Assembly (NCBI GenBank): GCA_964474825.1
Contig: CAYYWQ010000001.1
Span: forward strand, 964,048 to 1,028,047
Source of the DNA: an uncultured Candidatus Saccharibacteria bacterium
Lineage (GTDB): Bacteria > Patescibacteriota > Doudnabacteria > UBA920
Direction: 5' to 3'
Length of the DNA stretch: 64,000 nucleotides
In this document: positions 1-9,387 of the stretch, piece by piece
Position numbering within the stretch: position 1 is the stretch's first letter
How the letters are laid out: each line of letters begins with the position of its first letter
Notes under the pieces: generated by a model
Told to the model about the DNA's origin: nothing
Database searches by the model: none
The model's input: the letters and a program-made list of their open reading frames with translations, nothing else
Translations under genes and position numbers: made by a program

Positions 1-1327
1 CCGGGGGCTCGCTTTGCAGCAAGGCGTTTACCAATCCAAAAAATAAATCAGTGTCGCTTAAAGCCTGGGTAACCAAATCTTTAAATTCTAAATTACCGGA
101 ACCGGTTTCCGGATTATAAAACGAGCGGAGCAGGTAACCTAAATAACCCCAGCTGACTTTGGTGCTAATGTTGTTACTGACCGCGGTTTCAAATTCATTC
201 AAGCCGACAATTACCGCCAAGCGGTTTTGGTACAACCCCAAAGAAGAAAGCAAACCAAAAGTTGCCTGGTCTGTACAAACAACGGCAGGCTTGGAAAATT
301 CCCGGAGGTCGTCGCCGCTTATAAGTTCACGGAACTGCCCCCCGGAGAAAGATAAGTTTAAATCTAAAATTACAGCCTGCTGCCAATTAGTGTATTTCCA
401 AACTAAAATTTTTAAAAGAAACCTAACCTGCTCAGTGCTTAAATCCGATTTTTTTAAAATGGCCTCGAACTTCTTTTCGTTAAAAAGCATTTCCCCGGAA
501 AAAACCGGTTGCCAGCCAAACTCTTTCCATAGCTCCATGACCTGCTGGATCTTAGGCACAACCAATAAAACTTTCTGACTACTCCCTTGCAGCCGCTTTG
601 CCGCCGCCTCTACTGGATTATCACTAGGCGGCAAGTCGTAAACCGTTTCGTTGTTAAAAACAAACTTAGTTTTTTCATTTTTAGTTTTTTTTGTCTTATT
701 TTCCTTTTTTTCAGTCTTTGGGGCACTAGCTTCCGCCAAAAGTAAACTTTGCCAGGAAAAATTACAAGGCTCAATTAATTTTTGAATTTCCTCTTTTAAA
801 TCTTCCGGAAACCCGGCGTATTTTTGTAGCAATTTCTCCAAAACTTCCAAAGCAGCCTTACTGTCTGCTAAAGCCCTATGGGCATTGGGGTGTTTAATTC
901 CAAACGTATGCATTAAATTTTCCAAATTATAGCTGTGGTGTGTGGGCAGAAGCCATTGCACAAGTTCAAGAGTATCAACCACCGGCCCCGAGAACTTTAT
1001 GCCCTGGCTTTCCAAAAATTTAATGTCAAAAATAACATTGTGCCCAACAATGCAGCAAGCGCCAATTTTTTCCTGTAAAAATTCCTTAAACTCGCCAAAT
1101 TGTGGCGCTTTATCCAGCTCCTCCTGGCTTATGCCGGTCAAGCCAAAAATTTGCGCTGACACGGGCTTACTGGGCTTAAAAACCTGAGTCCACTCCTCTG
1201 TTATTTCTAACTTACCTCTCACAGCCTCAAACATCACAAAACCTACTTCCAGAATCTCTTCCTTCAAAGGGTCAAAGCCGGTAGTTTCTATATCCAGGCT
1301 GCAATAAATTTTCTGTTTTGAATTCAT
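1..1327 (-). CDS. DnaQ-family 3'-5' exonuclease domain protein (C-terminal part runs off window; >=442 aa)
   Basis: Hand-translated the minus strand from the ATG at 1327 to position 1 without a stop. N-terminus carries exonuclease motifs: DIETTGFD (Exo I), HNVIFDIKFL (Exo II), HRALADSKA (Exo III). The downstream ~270 aa have no Walker A motif, so this is not clearly a DinG-type helicase. Plus-strand ORFs 159..578 and 942..1187 are antisense artefacts. Confidence 0.6.
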   Translation of the reverse strand, partial: MNSKQKIYCSLDIETTGFDPLKEEILEVGFVMFEAVRGKLEITEEWTQVFKPSKPVSAQIFGLTGISQEELDKAPQFGEFKEFLQEKIGACCIVGHNVIFDIKFLESQGIKFSGPVVDTLELVQWLLPTHHSYNLENLMHTFGIKHPNAHRALADSKAALEVLEKLLQKYAGFPEDLKEEIQKLIEPCNFSWQSLLLAEASAPKTEKKENKTKKTKNEKTKFVFNNETVYDLPPSDNPVEAAAKRLQGSSQKVLLVVPKIQQVMELWKEFGWQPVFSGEMLFNEKKFEAILKKSDLSTEQVRFLLKILVWKYTNWQQAVILDLNLSFSGGQFRELISGDDLREFSKPAVVCTDQATFGLLSSLGLYQNRLAVIVGLNEFETAVSNNISTKVSWGYLGYLLRSFYNPETGSGNLEFKDLVTQALSDTDLFFGLVNALLQSEPP

Positions 1328-1353
1328 GCTGTTTATTTTAACATTTTCCACCA

Positions 1354-1390
1354 TTTACAAAAAGCCCTCCTTTTTAGGGAGGGCTTAAAA
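1354..1390 (-). terminator. Rho-independent terminator after recA
   Basis: Hairpin AAGCCCTCC-TTTTTA-GGGAGGGCTT with flanking T/A runs. Confidence 0.6.
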
Positions 1391-2461
1391 TTATTCCGAT
1401 TTTTCCCCGTCATCCTCTACTGTTTTAGCAGGCAGAGCCACTTCCCCGCTTTTTACTTTTTCCCGTACGGCTTTGTCTATATCTTTAAAAGTTTTGGCGT
1501 TTTCCCGCAAAAAAGTTTTGGCGTTTTCCCGGCCTACCCCGAGTTTAATGTCCCCAAAACTAAAAGTATTACCGTTCTTTTCTATAACCCCAAAAGCCGC
1601 GCCCGTGTCCAATAAATCTCCGGCAGCGGAGATCCCCTCGTTATACATAATGTCGAACTCAGCGGTCCTAAAAGGGGGAGCTACTTTATTTTTTACTATT
1701 TTAACTTTAACGCGGTTGCCCACAATTTTTTCGGCGTTCTTTATTTGTGCGCTGCGACGCACTTCAATGCGCACAGAAGCATAAAATTTTAAAGCGTTTC
1801 CACCGGTAGTGGTTTCCGGATTACCAAACATTACGCCGATCTTCATTCTAATTTGGTTAATAAAGACAACTGTAGTTTGGGTCTTGCTAATAATAGCAGT
1901 AAGTTTACGGAGAGCCTGGCTCATTAAACGAGCGTGTAGCCCCATATGACTGTCGCCCATTTCTCCTTCTATTTCATTGCGAGGCGTAAGAGCGGCTACG
2001 GAATCTATGACAATTAAATCCAAACCGTTGGAACGAACCAAAGTTTCCACAATGTCTAAAGCCTGCTCGCCGTTGTCAGGTTGGCTAATAAGCAAGTCTT
2101 CCAATTTTACGCCAATCCTTTTAGCGTACTCCGGGTCAAGCGCGTGCTCCGCGTCTATAAAAGCTGCCAAGCCGCCGCGCTTTTGCACCTCGGCTATCAT
2201 ATGCAAAGTCAAAGTGGTTTTACCCGAAGATTCCGGACCATAAATTTCCACCACACGGCCTTTTGGAAAACCCCCTACCCCCAGGGCTAAGTCTAAAGAA
2301 ATTGAACCTGTCGGTATGGCTTCCACGTCCATAGTCTTGGAGTCAGAGAGCTTCATAATACTTCCGTCGCCAAACTTGTCTTTAATTTGGTCTAAGGCTG
2401 ACTCGACAGCTTTCCATTTCCCAGTATCTTGAGGCAAGGCTTTTGTTGTTGGTTTAGGCAT
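1391..2461 (-). CDS. recA: Recombinase RecA
   Basis: [12 protein letters not shown] Walker A and the canonical RecA core ([39 protein letters not shown]). The likely ATG start is MPKPTT at 2461; the ORF-track start at 2482 is a TTG. The C-terminus contains a tandem duplication, RENAKTF x2. Confidence 0.95.
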   Translation of the reverse strand: MPKPTTKALPQDTGKWKAVESALDQIKDKFGDGSIMKLSDSKTMDVEAIPTGSISLDLALGVGGFPKGRVVEIYGPESSGKTTLTLHMIAEVQKRGGLAAFIDAEHALDPEYAKRIGVKLEDLLISQPDNGEQALDIVETLVRSNGLDLIVIDSVAALTPRNEIEGEMGDSHMGLHARLMSQALRKLTAIISKTQTTVVFINQIRMKIGVMFGNPETTTGGNALKFYASVRIEVRRSAQIKNAEKIVGNRVKVKIVKNKVAPPFRTAEFDIMYNEGISAAGDLLDTGAAFGVIEKNGNTFSFGDIKLGVGRENAKTFLRENAKTFKDIDKAVREKVKSGEVALPAKTVEDDGEKSE

Positions 2462-2592
2462 AAAATTATTTACAGGTAACAAGTAATTAATAACTAATTA
2501 CTCTTACTTGTGATAAATTATAAATTACTTGTCTTATATAATAGTATAGTAAACAATCGTTCACCTTAAGTCAAGCCTGCGCTGTGGATAAG

Positions 2593-3546
2593 TTAGGGAG
2601 TGGTGGTACTGGCATTACTATTGGCAAAAAACGGGATATTTTCCAGCTGTTCCCCAGCCCTTCCCAAGGCCCCCAATTTTTTCCCGTCAAAAGTAGCCAC
2701 AGTCGCGCCAGCGTTGGTAGTGGAAACCGTAATCTTTTTTTGTGCAGTTAAAACCTTAATGTCGCCGTTATGAAAGACAAGGGATTCCTTTATTCCGTCA
2801 TCCAGCACAAAACCTAAAGTTCCCTCCGCGGAAAATTCCAGCTTTAAATTAACTTCTCCTGTTAAGGGAACCGCGTCAACCTGCCCAACCACAGTAATAT
2901 CTTTAACGGTTGTCTTGCCAAACTTGTTACTGGCAACAATATGCAGCAGTTTTGGCCCGGCCTCCATGCCGAGTTGGGTTTGGAACTTGCCGCTTTTGTC
3001 CACAAAGACCTCCTGGCCGTTCACAGTCACATTCATTTCTGTATCAGTACTTCCTACCACCTTAACAAAAGATTCCGCCACGGCTTGCCTGTCCACCGGC
3101 TGACTAACTTCCAAAAACGGAGTTTTGTTAATGGCCAAAACCTGCCAAACAATATAACCCAAAGTTAACAAAATAAATGCGCTACCCGCGACTACGGCTA
3201 AAATTTTTGGCGTAATAACAAGATGGTTAAAAAATTTACGTGTTAAATTATTCTCACTAACCGACCTCTTCTGGATTTGGTTGGTAATATTTTTTTCTTT
3301 CTTATACTGATCGGCCAAAATTTCCGGCGGCACACCGTAAATTTCCGCCAACTGCCTCAAAAAACCCAACACATAAACATCGGGTGGCAAAATTCTAAAA
3401 TCACCGCTTTCCAAAGCTTGAAAAAACACAGGCTTAATGTGCGTTTTACCGGTTACTTCTTGCTGGGAAAGGCCCAAACCCTCCCTGACTTGGCGTAAGT
3501 ATTCGCTTAGAGTTTCCGCCTGAATTTTTTTCTGTTCAAAAACCAT
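2593..3546 (-). CDS. rodZ: RodZ-like cytoskeletal protein (XRE-type HTH, one TM segment, DUF4115-like C-terminal domain)
   Basis: N-terminal HTH (LSEYLRQVREGLGLSQQEV...ALESGDFRILPPDVYVLGFLRQLAEIYG) resembles the RodZ N-terminus. It is followed by a TM helix (ILAVVAGSAFILLTLGYIVWQVL) and a beta-rich C-terminus. Confidence 0.55.
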   Translation of the reverse strand: MVFEQKKIQAETLSEYLRQVREGLGLSQQEVTGKTHIKPVFFQALESGDFRILPPDVYVLGFLRQLAEIYGVPPEILADQYKKEKNITNQIQKRSVSENNLTRKFFNHLVITPKILAVVAGSAFILLTLGYIVWQVLAINKTPFLEVSQPVDRQAVAESFVKVVGSTDTEMNVTVNGQEVFVDKSGKFQTQLGMEAGPKLLHIVASNKFGKTTVKDITVVGQVDAVPLTGEVNLKLEFSAEGTLGFVLDDGIKESLVFHNGDIKVLTAQKKITVSTTNAGATVATFDGKKLGALGRAGEQLENIPFFANSNASTTTP

Positions 3547-3631
3547 TGTTATAAATTACAAAATCCCAATGACCAATTTTTTATTTTTGACATTAGGATT
3601 TTTATTTGAAATTTGATATTTGGCATTACGA

Positions 3632-5866
3632 TCAAACTAAATTCTGATCGTCCTCAATCCCATACTCTGCCTTCTCCTCCGGCGGCACAACTCCGTAAAC
3701 TTCCCGAGGCTTGGCGCCTTCGCCGGGACCAATAATTCCCTGCTGTTCCATAATGTCGAGCAGGCGCGCTGCACGGGCATAACCTACCCGCAGCCTGCGC
3801 TGAAGCAAGCTTGCCGAAGCTTTGCCGGCTCGCCGCACTTCTTCCGTGGCCTCTTGCAAAAGAGGATCGTCGTCGTCACTGCCCTCGCTTTCAAAACCTG
3901 GAATGCCTAAATTGCGCTTGGGCTTTTCTACTATATCTTCATTATAAATTACCGCGCCAACCTGGACTTTAAAGAAATCCACCACTTTTTTAACTTCTTT
4001 TTCACCAATAAACGCGCCCTGGATGCGCTTGGGTTTGTTAAACTCGGCCGATGTAAAAAGCATGTCGCCATTGCCCAAAAGTTTTTCCGCGCCAGAAGAG
4101 TCTAAAATAGTTCTGCTGTCTATTTGGCTAGCTACGGCAAAGGCTATGCGCGAAGTTATGTTGGCTTTAATTAAACCCGTAATAATATCCACGGAAGGAC
4201 GCTGAGTAGCTAACACCAAATGAATACCCACAGCGCGCGCCATTTGCGCCAAGCGCACAATTGCCGCTTCTACGTCTGCCTGGGCCACGGCCATAAGGTC
4301 TGCTAACTCGTCTACCAAAATTACAATGTAAGGCAAAGTTAAAGTATTCTCTGCGTTGTATTCTAAAATATTTCGTTTGCCAACTTCGGAAAGCAATTTA
4401 TAGCGCCTGTCCATTTCAGCCACTGCCCACTTTAAGGAATTCACGGCTTTTTCCGTTTCCGTAATTACGGGCGTGAGCAAATGCGGGATGCCGTTGTACA
4501 AATTCAGCTCAACTCTTTTTGGGTCAATAACAATAAACTTAACGTCTTGCGGTGTGTTGCGGTAGAGCAAAGAAATAAACAAACTATTTATAGCCACACT
4601 TTTCCCGGTACCCGTGGCGCCCGCAATAAGAAGATGCGGCATTTTAGCCAAGTCCACGACCATAGGCAGACCCGCAACATCGCGACCTAAAGCCAAAGCA
4701 AGCTTGCTTTTGTGGTCCACAAATTCTTTGCTTTGCATAACCTCGCGCAAACGGACAATAGCAGTAGACCTGTTTGGCACCTCAAGTCCAACCAAAGCTT
4801 TTCCCGGAATTGGCAATTCCATTCTAATGGAATGCGCGGCCAAAGACAGCGCGAGATCGTTTTGCAAAGCAGCAATTTGGGAAAGCTTAATGCCAACAGA
4901 AGGGCGCAAAGTATACTGCGTTACCGTAGGGCCGACATTAACCTCACCCATTTCTACTTCTATTCCAAAATCCGACAAAGTTTTTTTAACAATAGCCACA
5001 TTGGCTTCTATGTTGCCGCTGTCGACTTCTGTCTGGTTGTCGTCAAGTAAATCAAAACTCGGCAATTTCCAGTCCTTGCGTTCAAGAGGCATGGTTTCTA
5101 TATGCGGGCCTTTAATTTTTTGGGCCGCGTTTATTACAGTGTCTTTGGGTTTAGCCGGAACTACTTCTTCTTCAGTTTCATCGTCTGTTATTTTAGGGTT
5201 TTTATTCGCCACTTTCTCACTAACAAAACCCTGGCTTGCCGGAGTATTTATTTTTAAAACCGGGGTCGGCATTTTTTCCGCTAAAGCCAAAGCTTCGGTG
5301 GATTCTTCTTTCTTTGGCAAAAAAACTTTAAGCGGCACATCAAAAGTAACCAAAATCCCCACAACAAACAAAGCGAACAAAACCAAACTTCCTGCCCAAA
5401 AACCTAAAAATGTAAAAGTCGGATAAGAAAACAAAGCCCCAAAATAGCCGCCGCCCTGGCCTTCAAGCGCCAACTCAAAAGCGCTCACTCCGTCTCCTAA
5501 ACGGAAAAGGTGAATGAGTCCGGTAATGCTCCCGGTTAAAAGCACCGCGCCCAAGTAAGTTCTAAAATAAACACCGCGATGTTCCAGTTGCTGCTCTGTC
5601 TGGCGGTATAAAGAAATGGCTACTATTAAAAATAGCACCGGGACAATATAAACCATTATGCCAAAAACCTGGGACAAAAATTTAAATAAATAATTGCCAA
5701 AACCACCGGCTAAACCCACTAGCGACAAGAGCGACAGCAAAGCTAACAGAACAAAGGCAACAACAACAATGCCGCGCTTTGTCTCATGCGACAAATCCAG
5801 CGCCGGCCCTTTAGCCTTCCGCTCTTTTTTTTCTTCTTTGTCGTAATCCTTTTTGTTTCTACCCAT
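3632..5866 (-). CDS. ftsK: DNA translocase FtsK/SpoIIIE
   Basis: N-terminal multi-TM region, a linker, then a C-terminal motor domain with LLIAGATGTGKSV Walker A and VILVDELADLM Walker B. Confidence 0.9.
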   Translation of the reverse strand: MGRNKKDYDKEEKKERKAKGPALDLSHETKRGIVVVAFVLLALLSLLSLVGLAGGFGNYLFKFLSQVFGIMVYIVPVLFLIVAISLYRQTEQQLEHRGVYFRTYLGAVLLTGSITGLIHLFRLGDGVSAFELALEGQGGGYFGALFSYPTFTFLGFWAGSLVLFALFVVGILVTFDVPLKVFLPKKEESTEALALAEKMPTPVLKINTPASQGFVSEKVANKNPKITDDETEEEVVPAKPKDTVINAAQKIKGPHIETMPLERKDWKLPSFDLLDDNQTEVDSGNIEANVAIVKKTLSDFGIEVEMGEVNVGPTVTQYTLRPSVGIKLSQIAALQNDLALSLAAHSIRMELPIPGKALVGLEVPNRSTAIVRLREVMQSKEFVDHKSKLALALGRDVAGLPMVVDLAKMPHLLIAGATGTGKSVAINSLFISLLYRNTPQDVKFIVIDPKRVELNLYNGIPHLLTPVITETEKAVNSLKWAVAEMDRRYKLLSEVGKRNILEYNAENTLTLPYIVILVDELADLMAVAQADVEAAIVRLAQMARAVGIHLVLATQRPSVDIITGLIKANITSRIAFAVASQIDSRTILDSSGAEKLLGNGDMLFTSAEFNKPKRIQGAFIGEKEVKKVVDFFKVQVGAVIYNEDIVEKPKRNLGIPGFESEGSDDDDPLLQEATEEVRRAGKASASLLQRRLRVGYARAARLLDIMEQQGIIGPGEGAKPREVYGVVPPEEKAEYGIEDDQNLV

Positions 5867-5945
5867 ATACTGTTTATGTGTTTATTATTTATGCCTTTTC
5901 TTTAGCCTGTAACAGATTTATTCTACCATTTTTTTGATTATTTTA

Positions 5946-5972
5946 AAATCCCGCCCTTTTGGGGCGGGATTG
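5946..5972. terminator. Bidirectional hairpin terminator
   Basis: AAAATCCCGCCC-TTTT-GGGGCGGGATT between hsp20 (minus) and ftsK. Confidence 0.5.
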
Positions 5973-5986
5973 GCTTATTCTATTCT

Positions 5987-6574
5987 CTATAGACCTTTTA
6001 CCTTCACCTTCTTAGTCTTTGCCTTGGCGGCCTTGGGGACTATGACTGTAAGGATTCCGTCTTTAAGGTCTGCTTCAATATTTTCGCTGTCTATGTCTAC
6101 CGGCACAATTACTGAGCGGGAAAAGTTTCCCCAGTAGCATTCCTGGTAAAAATAGTCTTCCTGGGTAATTTGTTCTTCTTTCTTGCGTGCGCCGCGAATG
6201 GTCACCATGTCGTTGGCTACGGTAATGTCTATGTCTTCAGGCTTCACTCCGGCAATGGTGGACTTTATTATAATATTGTCCTTGGTCTGGTACATGTCTA
6301 TGTTCAGCTGGCCTTCAAAGTCCGACATCCATTCTTCACCGTTACCGTTGCCATTAGCAGCCACAGCCTTAACCGGAGCCGCAACAGGCACCTCTGTTAC
6401 CTGTTCTTCTATAATAACTTCCTCCTGGTCGTCGTCTACTTCCGGGGCCAATTCTTCGGCTTCCATTGGCTGCTGCGCAATCATCCGTGAAACCTGGACG
6501 GTTTGTCCGTCCTCGTCAGTTACATTGCCTCCCATAATTTTTCCGAAAAATGATGTCCGTTCTTTCTTAGCCAT
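5987..6574 (-). CDS. Hsp20/alpha-crystallin family small heat-shock protein with long acidic N-terminal extension
   Basis: Alpha-crystallin domain ending GILTVIVPK. Preceded by a sigma70-like promoter on the minus strand (TTGACG-17-TATTAT, plus coordinates ~6630-6658). Confidence 0.85.
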   Translation of the reverse strand: MAKKERTSFFGKIMGGNVTDEDGQTVQVSRMIAQQPMEAEELAPEVDDDQEEVIIEEQVTEVPVAAPVKAVAANGNGNGEEWMSDFEGQLNIDMYQTKDNIIIKSTIAGVKPEDIDITVANDMVTIRGARKKEEQITQEDYFYQECYWGNFSRSVIVPVDIDSENIEADLKDGILTVIVPKAAKAKTKKVKVKGL

Positions 6575-6701
6575 AATATTGTAATTACTGATAATACTGC
6601 TTTGCGGTTTTGTTTTAGTGCTTTCCCCTATAATAAATCATATTAAATATTCCGTCAAACAGCGTGTAACAACCCCAAAATGGCCCATAAGCAGGTGAAA
6701 C

Positions 6702-7778
6702 CTAAGGACGAATTAAACTGGCAGCTTTTGGGGTGTTAACTACCCGAGCAAGCACAGGATTAGACTGCAATGATTCACAAAAGTCATTGTTCTCCAATTC
6801 CGATGCAATTTGCCCAATAATATTCTTTTGTCTTGGCATAACCAATTTCTCCTTAAGCAAAAAGTTTAAATTTAACTCTTCCTGTCCGGGCAGCATGGAA
6901 ACAATAATCATGGGAAGGTGTTTTTGTAATGCTTCGGCAACAGAAAGCCCACCCGGCTTGGTTAAAAAAATGTTGGCAATGGCATAGAGCTCTTCCATGG
7001 GCTTATAGAACCCGAGTATGGAAATATTAGGCTGCTTAAATCTTTCTGCTAATTTTGCTGTAACTTCTTTATTGTTACCGCAGACAACAATTGTATGCCA
7101 ACTTTGTTGTTTAACTAATTTTTCAAGCAATTTATAATTTAATCCAATACCGAGCGACCCCGCGGCAACCAAAATAACTTTACTTTCCAGCGCAATATTA
7201 AGCTTGCCGCGAACAACTTCTTTATTTATGACTGCTGCTGGTTTTAAATTAAAACCTGTAACAAAAATTTTCTGCTCCGGCACTCCCAAAGCAAGCATCT
7301 CCTGTTTTTGCTCTTGAATGTTTACCAAATAAAAATCCGCCTGGTCATAGAGCCAATATTTATGCAAATGAAAGTCGCTAAAAGCAATACCAAACTGTCC
7401 GGTAAAAATTTTCTGTTGTTTTAAAAACGCTACCACGCCCGAGGGAGCGGTTTGGGTGGTAATTATAACGTCTGGCTTAAATTCCAAAATAATTTTTAAA
7501 GTTTCTTTGTAATTTCTGGCTGCAATTTTTAACCGAAACGGCATACTAAGCTTGATAAATAAACTGTTCTTGTAAAAAAACCGCCACAGCCATGGCGCTT
7601 TGCTAATCATAAAAATATGAATCTTGGCGCTAATACTAATTAGCATTCCTTCCTGTGCCTTGTATACATCTGTTAAACGAACTTCAAGGCCGGCATCCGT
7701 AAAAGACCTGCCGATATTCTCGGCAATGGATTTGTGCCCCATTCCAACCGCAGTATATAAAATTAGAATTTTTTTCAT
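6702..7778 (-). CDS. GT28-family glycosyltransferase (MGDG synthase / UgtP / MurG-like)
   Basis: N-terminus MKKILILYTAVGMGHKSIAENIGRSF is typical of the diacylglycerol glycosyltransferase/MurG superfamily. It has a C-terminal glycosyltransferase half. Confidence 0.55.
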   Translation of the reverse strand: MKKILILYTAVGMGHKSIAENIGRSFTDAGLEVRLTDVYKAQEGMLISISAKIHIFMISKAPWLWRFFYKNSLFIKLSMPFRLKIAARNYKETLKIILEFKPDVIITTQTAPSGVVAFLKQQKIFTGQFGIAFSDFHLHKYWLYDQADFYLVNIQEQKQEMLALGVPEQKIFVTGFNLKPAAVINKEVVRGKLNIALESKVILVAAGSLGIGLNYKLLEKLVKQQSWHTIVVCGNNKEVTAKLAERFKQPNISILGFYKPMEELYAIANIFLTKPGGLSVAEALQKHLPMIIVSMLPGQEELNLNFLLKEKLVMPRQKNIIGQIASELENNDFCESLQSNPVLARVVNTPKAASLIRP

Positions 7779-7843
7779 ATGATAGATAGGAAAATCCCGT
7801 CCTTAATGCTAGGACGGGATTATTTTATCAAATATTCTAGGAA

Positions 7844-8719
7844 TTAGCGAGCGGGCAACAACTCTACATACCTGCCAATTACCCAACCTTGGCTTTTATC
7901 CGCCAGAGTAATGTAATACCAGCCGTTTTGGGTTTTGGTATACACATAGGTTTCGCCGGGGTGCACCTGGGTCAACTGCTTTCCGCTGGTAGTCGGCGCG
8001 TTCCTAACGTTCAAATAACCGGTTGGTGTATTGGTAACTTTAAGCTCTAAAGCGGCGCTCGCGGCCGGAGTCGGGGTAGTAGAAGGGGTTGTGGTGGCGT
8101 TCTGCGTGGGGGTTGGGGTCGGTGTAACTATTGGTGTCGGGGTAACTGTAAGCTCAGGCCTTGTTGGGAACAAACTAAAGCCTCCGCCTGACTGTTTTTT
8201 GCCTTTGTTGTTATACCATAGAAGCACCCCAAAAACGACACAAACCGCCAAAAGTGACATAAGCAAACTCAAACCAATTTTTTTGAAGGAAGATTTTTTC
8301 CCGGGCAAGCTAAGTTTTTGGGCTAAAGGAGCCGGGAAAATTTTTGGTTTAGAAAAAGTAGGCGCGGAGGCAACTTGGGAATCCGCAGGTAAAGTTTCTT
8401 CTATTAATTGTTTCTCAGAGTTGGTTAAAGTAATTTTTGGCGGCACCACCGTACTCTGACTTTGCATCATCCCCTGGTCGGAAATAGGGGTGGTCAACGA
8501 AGGTTCTGACGATTTACCCGCTGAAACATCTGTAACCGGAGTATTGATCCCTTCTACCAAAGGCTTGGGGGTCTTGCGCGCGCGCACCGGCTTAATGTCT
8601 CCGGTGTTAATGGCTTTTGATGGGGCCGCGTCGACTTCCGGAATTAAATCCGACTGGCTATTTTTGTCTTGGCTGTTTGTGTCGTTATCCATACGAGGGA
8701 TAAAAATAATTTTGTTCAA
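7844..8719 (-). CDS. Membrane-anchored protein with Pro/Thr-rich linker and C-terminal SH3b domain
   Basis: Central TM segment (LSLLMSLLAVCVVFGVLLWY), a TPTPTPT linker, and a C-terminal SH3_3-like segment (GYLNVRNAPTTSGKQLTQVHPGETYVYTKTQNGWYYITLADKSQGWVIGRYVELL). Confidence 0.5.
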   Translation of the reverse strand: MNKIIFIPRMDNDTNSQDKNSQSDLIPEVDAAPSKAINTGDIKPVRARKTPKPLVEGINTPVTDVSAGKSSEPSLTTPISDQGMMQSQSTVVPPKITLTNSEKQLIEETLPADSQVASAPTFSKPKIFPAPLAQKLSLPGKKSSFKKIGLSLLMSLLAVCVVFGVLLWYNNKGKKQSGGGFSLFPTRPELTVTPTPIVTPTPTPTQNATTTPSTTPTPAASAALELKVTNTPTGYLNVRNAPTTSGKQLTQVHPGETYVYTKTQNGWYYITLADKSQGWVIGRYVELLPAR

Positions 8720-8767
8720 TAAGTTATAACAATATTATACCACTGTTTCTTTAAAAAAAGAAAAGTT

Positions 8768-9385
8768 TTACAAAATTTCAGCAATAACGCGGCAGGGAGC
8801 GGCTTCGGCTTTAAGTTTGGCGGGTAAAGCCGTGATTTTAAAATTTTGCTGACCAATAAGCGTTTCAAGGTTGCTTAGGTTTTCAACAATTAAAACGTCG
8901 CTTTTAAATAAAATTTTGTGCGCGCTATAAGGCGCGCGGTCCGGGCTCGGCGTGTCCATGCCGACAATTGACACCCCAAGTTCCCCAAGTTTTTTTGCCA
9001 GGCCCTCGCTAATTTCCGGATAGTTCTGGTAATATTCTTCCTGTTCATATTCCGTGGACCAGCCAAAGCAAACCAGGACAATATCGCCTTTCTGAATTTG
9101 AACAGTTGACAGTAACTCCGGACCAGCCGCTGCTTTTCCGCGGGCGTCTATAATAACGCCGCGGCCAAAAAATTTCTCCGGTGGGTACTCGTCTAAAAAT
9201 TTTCCGCCGGCCAGCATATGCGCCGGCGCGTCCATATGAGTGCCAATATGCATCCCGGTTTTTATTTCAAAATGCACTATCCCGTCCTGTCCAATAGTGG
9301 AAACCTGTTTTAGCTCAGGCGCCGGATCCCCTGGAAACACGGGCATGTGGTTTGTAAAAGTATGGGTTAGGTCTATGTATTTCAT
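8768..9385 (-). CDS. Cyclase-family protein (kynurenine formamidase-like)
   Basis: HIGTHMDAPAHM motif (HxGTHxDxPxH), characteristic of the putative cyclase / arylformamidase family. Confidence 0.7.
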   Translation of the reverse strand: MKYIDLTHTFTNHMPVFPGDPAPELKQVSTIGQDGIVHFEIKTGMHIGTHMDAPAHMLAGGKFLDEYPPEKFFGRGVIIDARGKAAAGPELLSTVQIQKGDIVLVCFGWSTEYEQEEYYQNYPEISEGLAKKLGELGVSIVGMDTPSPDRAPYSAHKILFKSDVLIVENLSNLETLIGQQNFKITALPAKLKAEAAPCRVIAEIL

Positions 9386-9387
9386 GT

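Noticed and set aside
159-1187. Plus-strand ORFs 159..578 and 942..1187.
   Set aside because: They lie antisense to a continuous minus-strand reading frame (1327 to 1) that carries clear DnaQ exonuclease motifs.
4614-5426. 270-aa plus-strand ORF inside ftsK, and the other small ORFs there.
   Set aside because: They are antisense to a well-supported FtsK gene and have no motifs of their own.
6575-6660. Possible CIRCE heat-shock operator upstream of hsp20 (TTAGTGCTTT).
   Set aside because: Only a single degenerate half-site is present, and there is no inverted partner at the right spacing.
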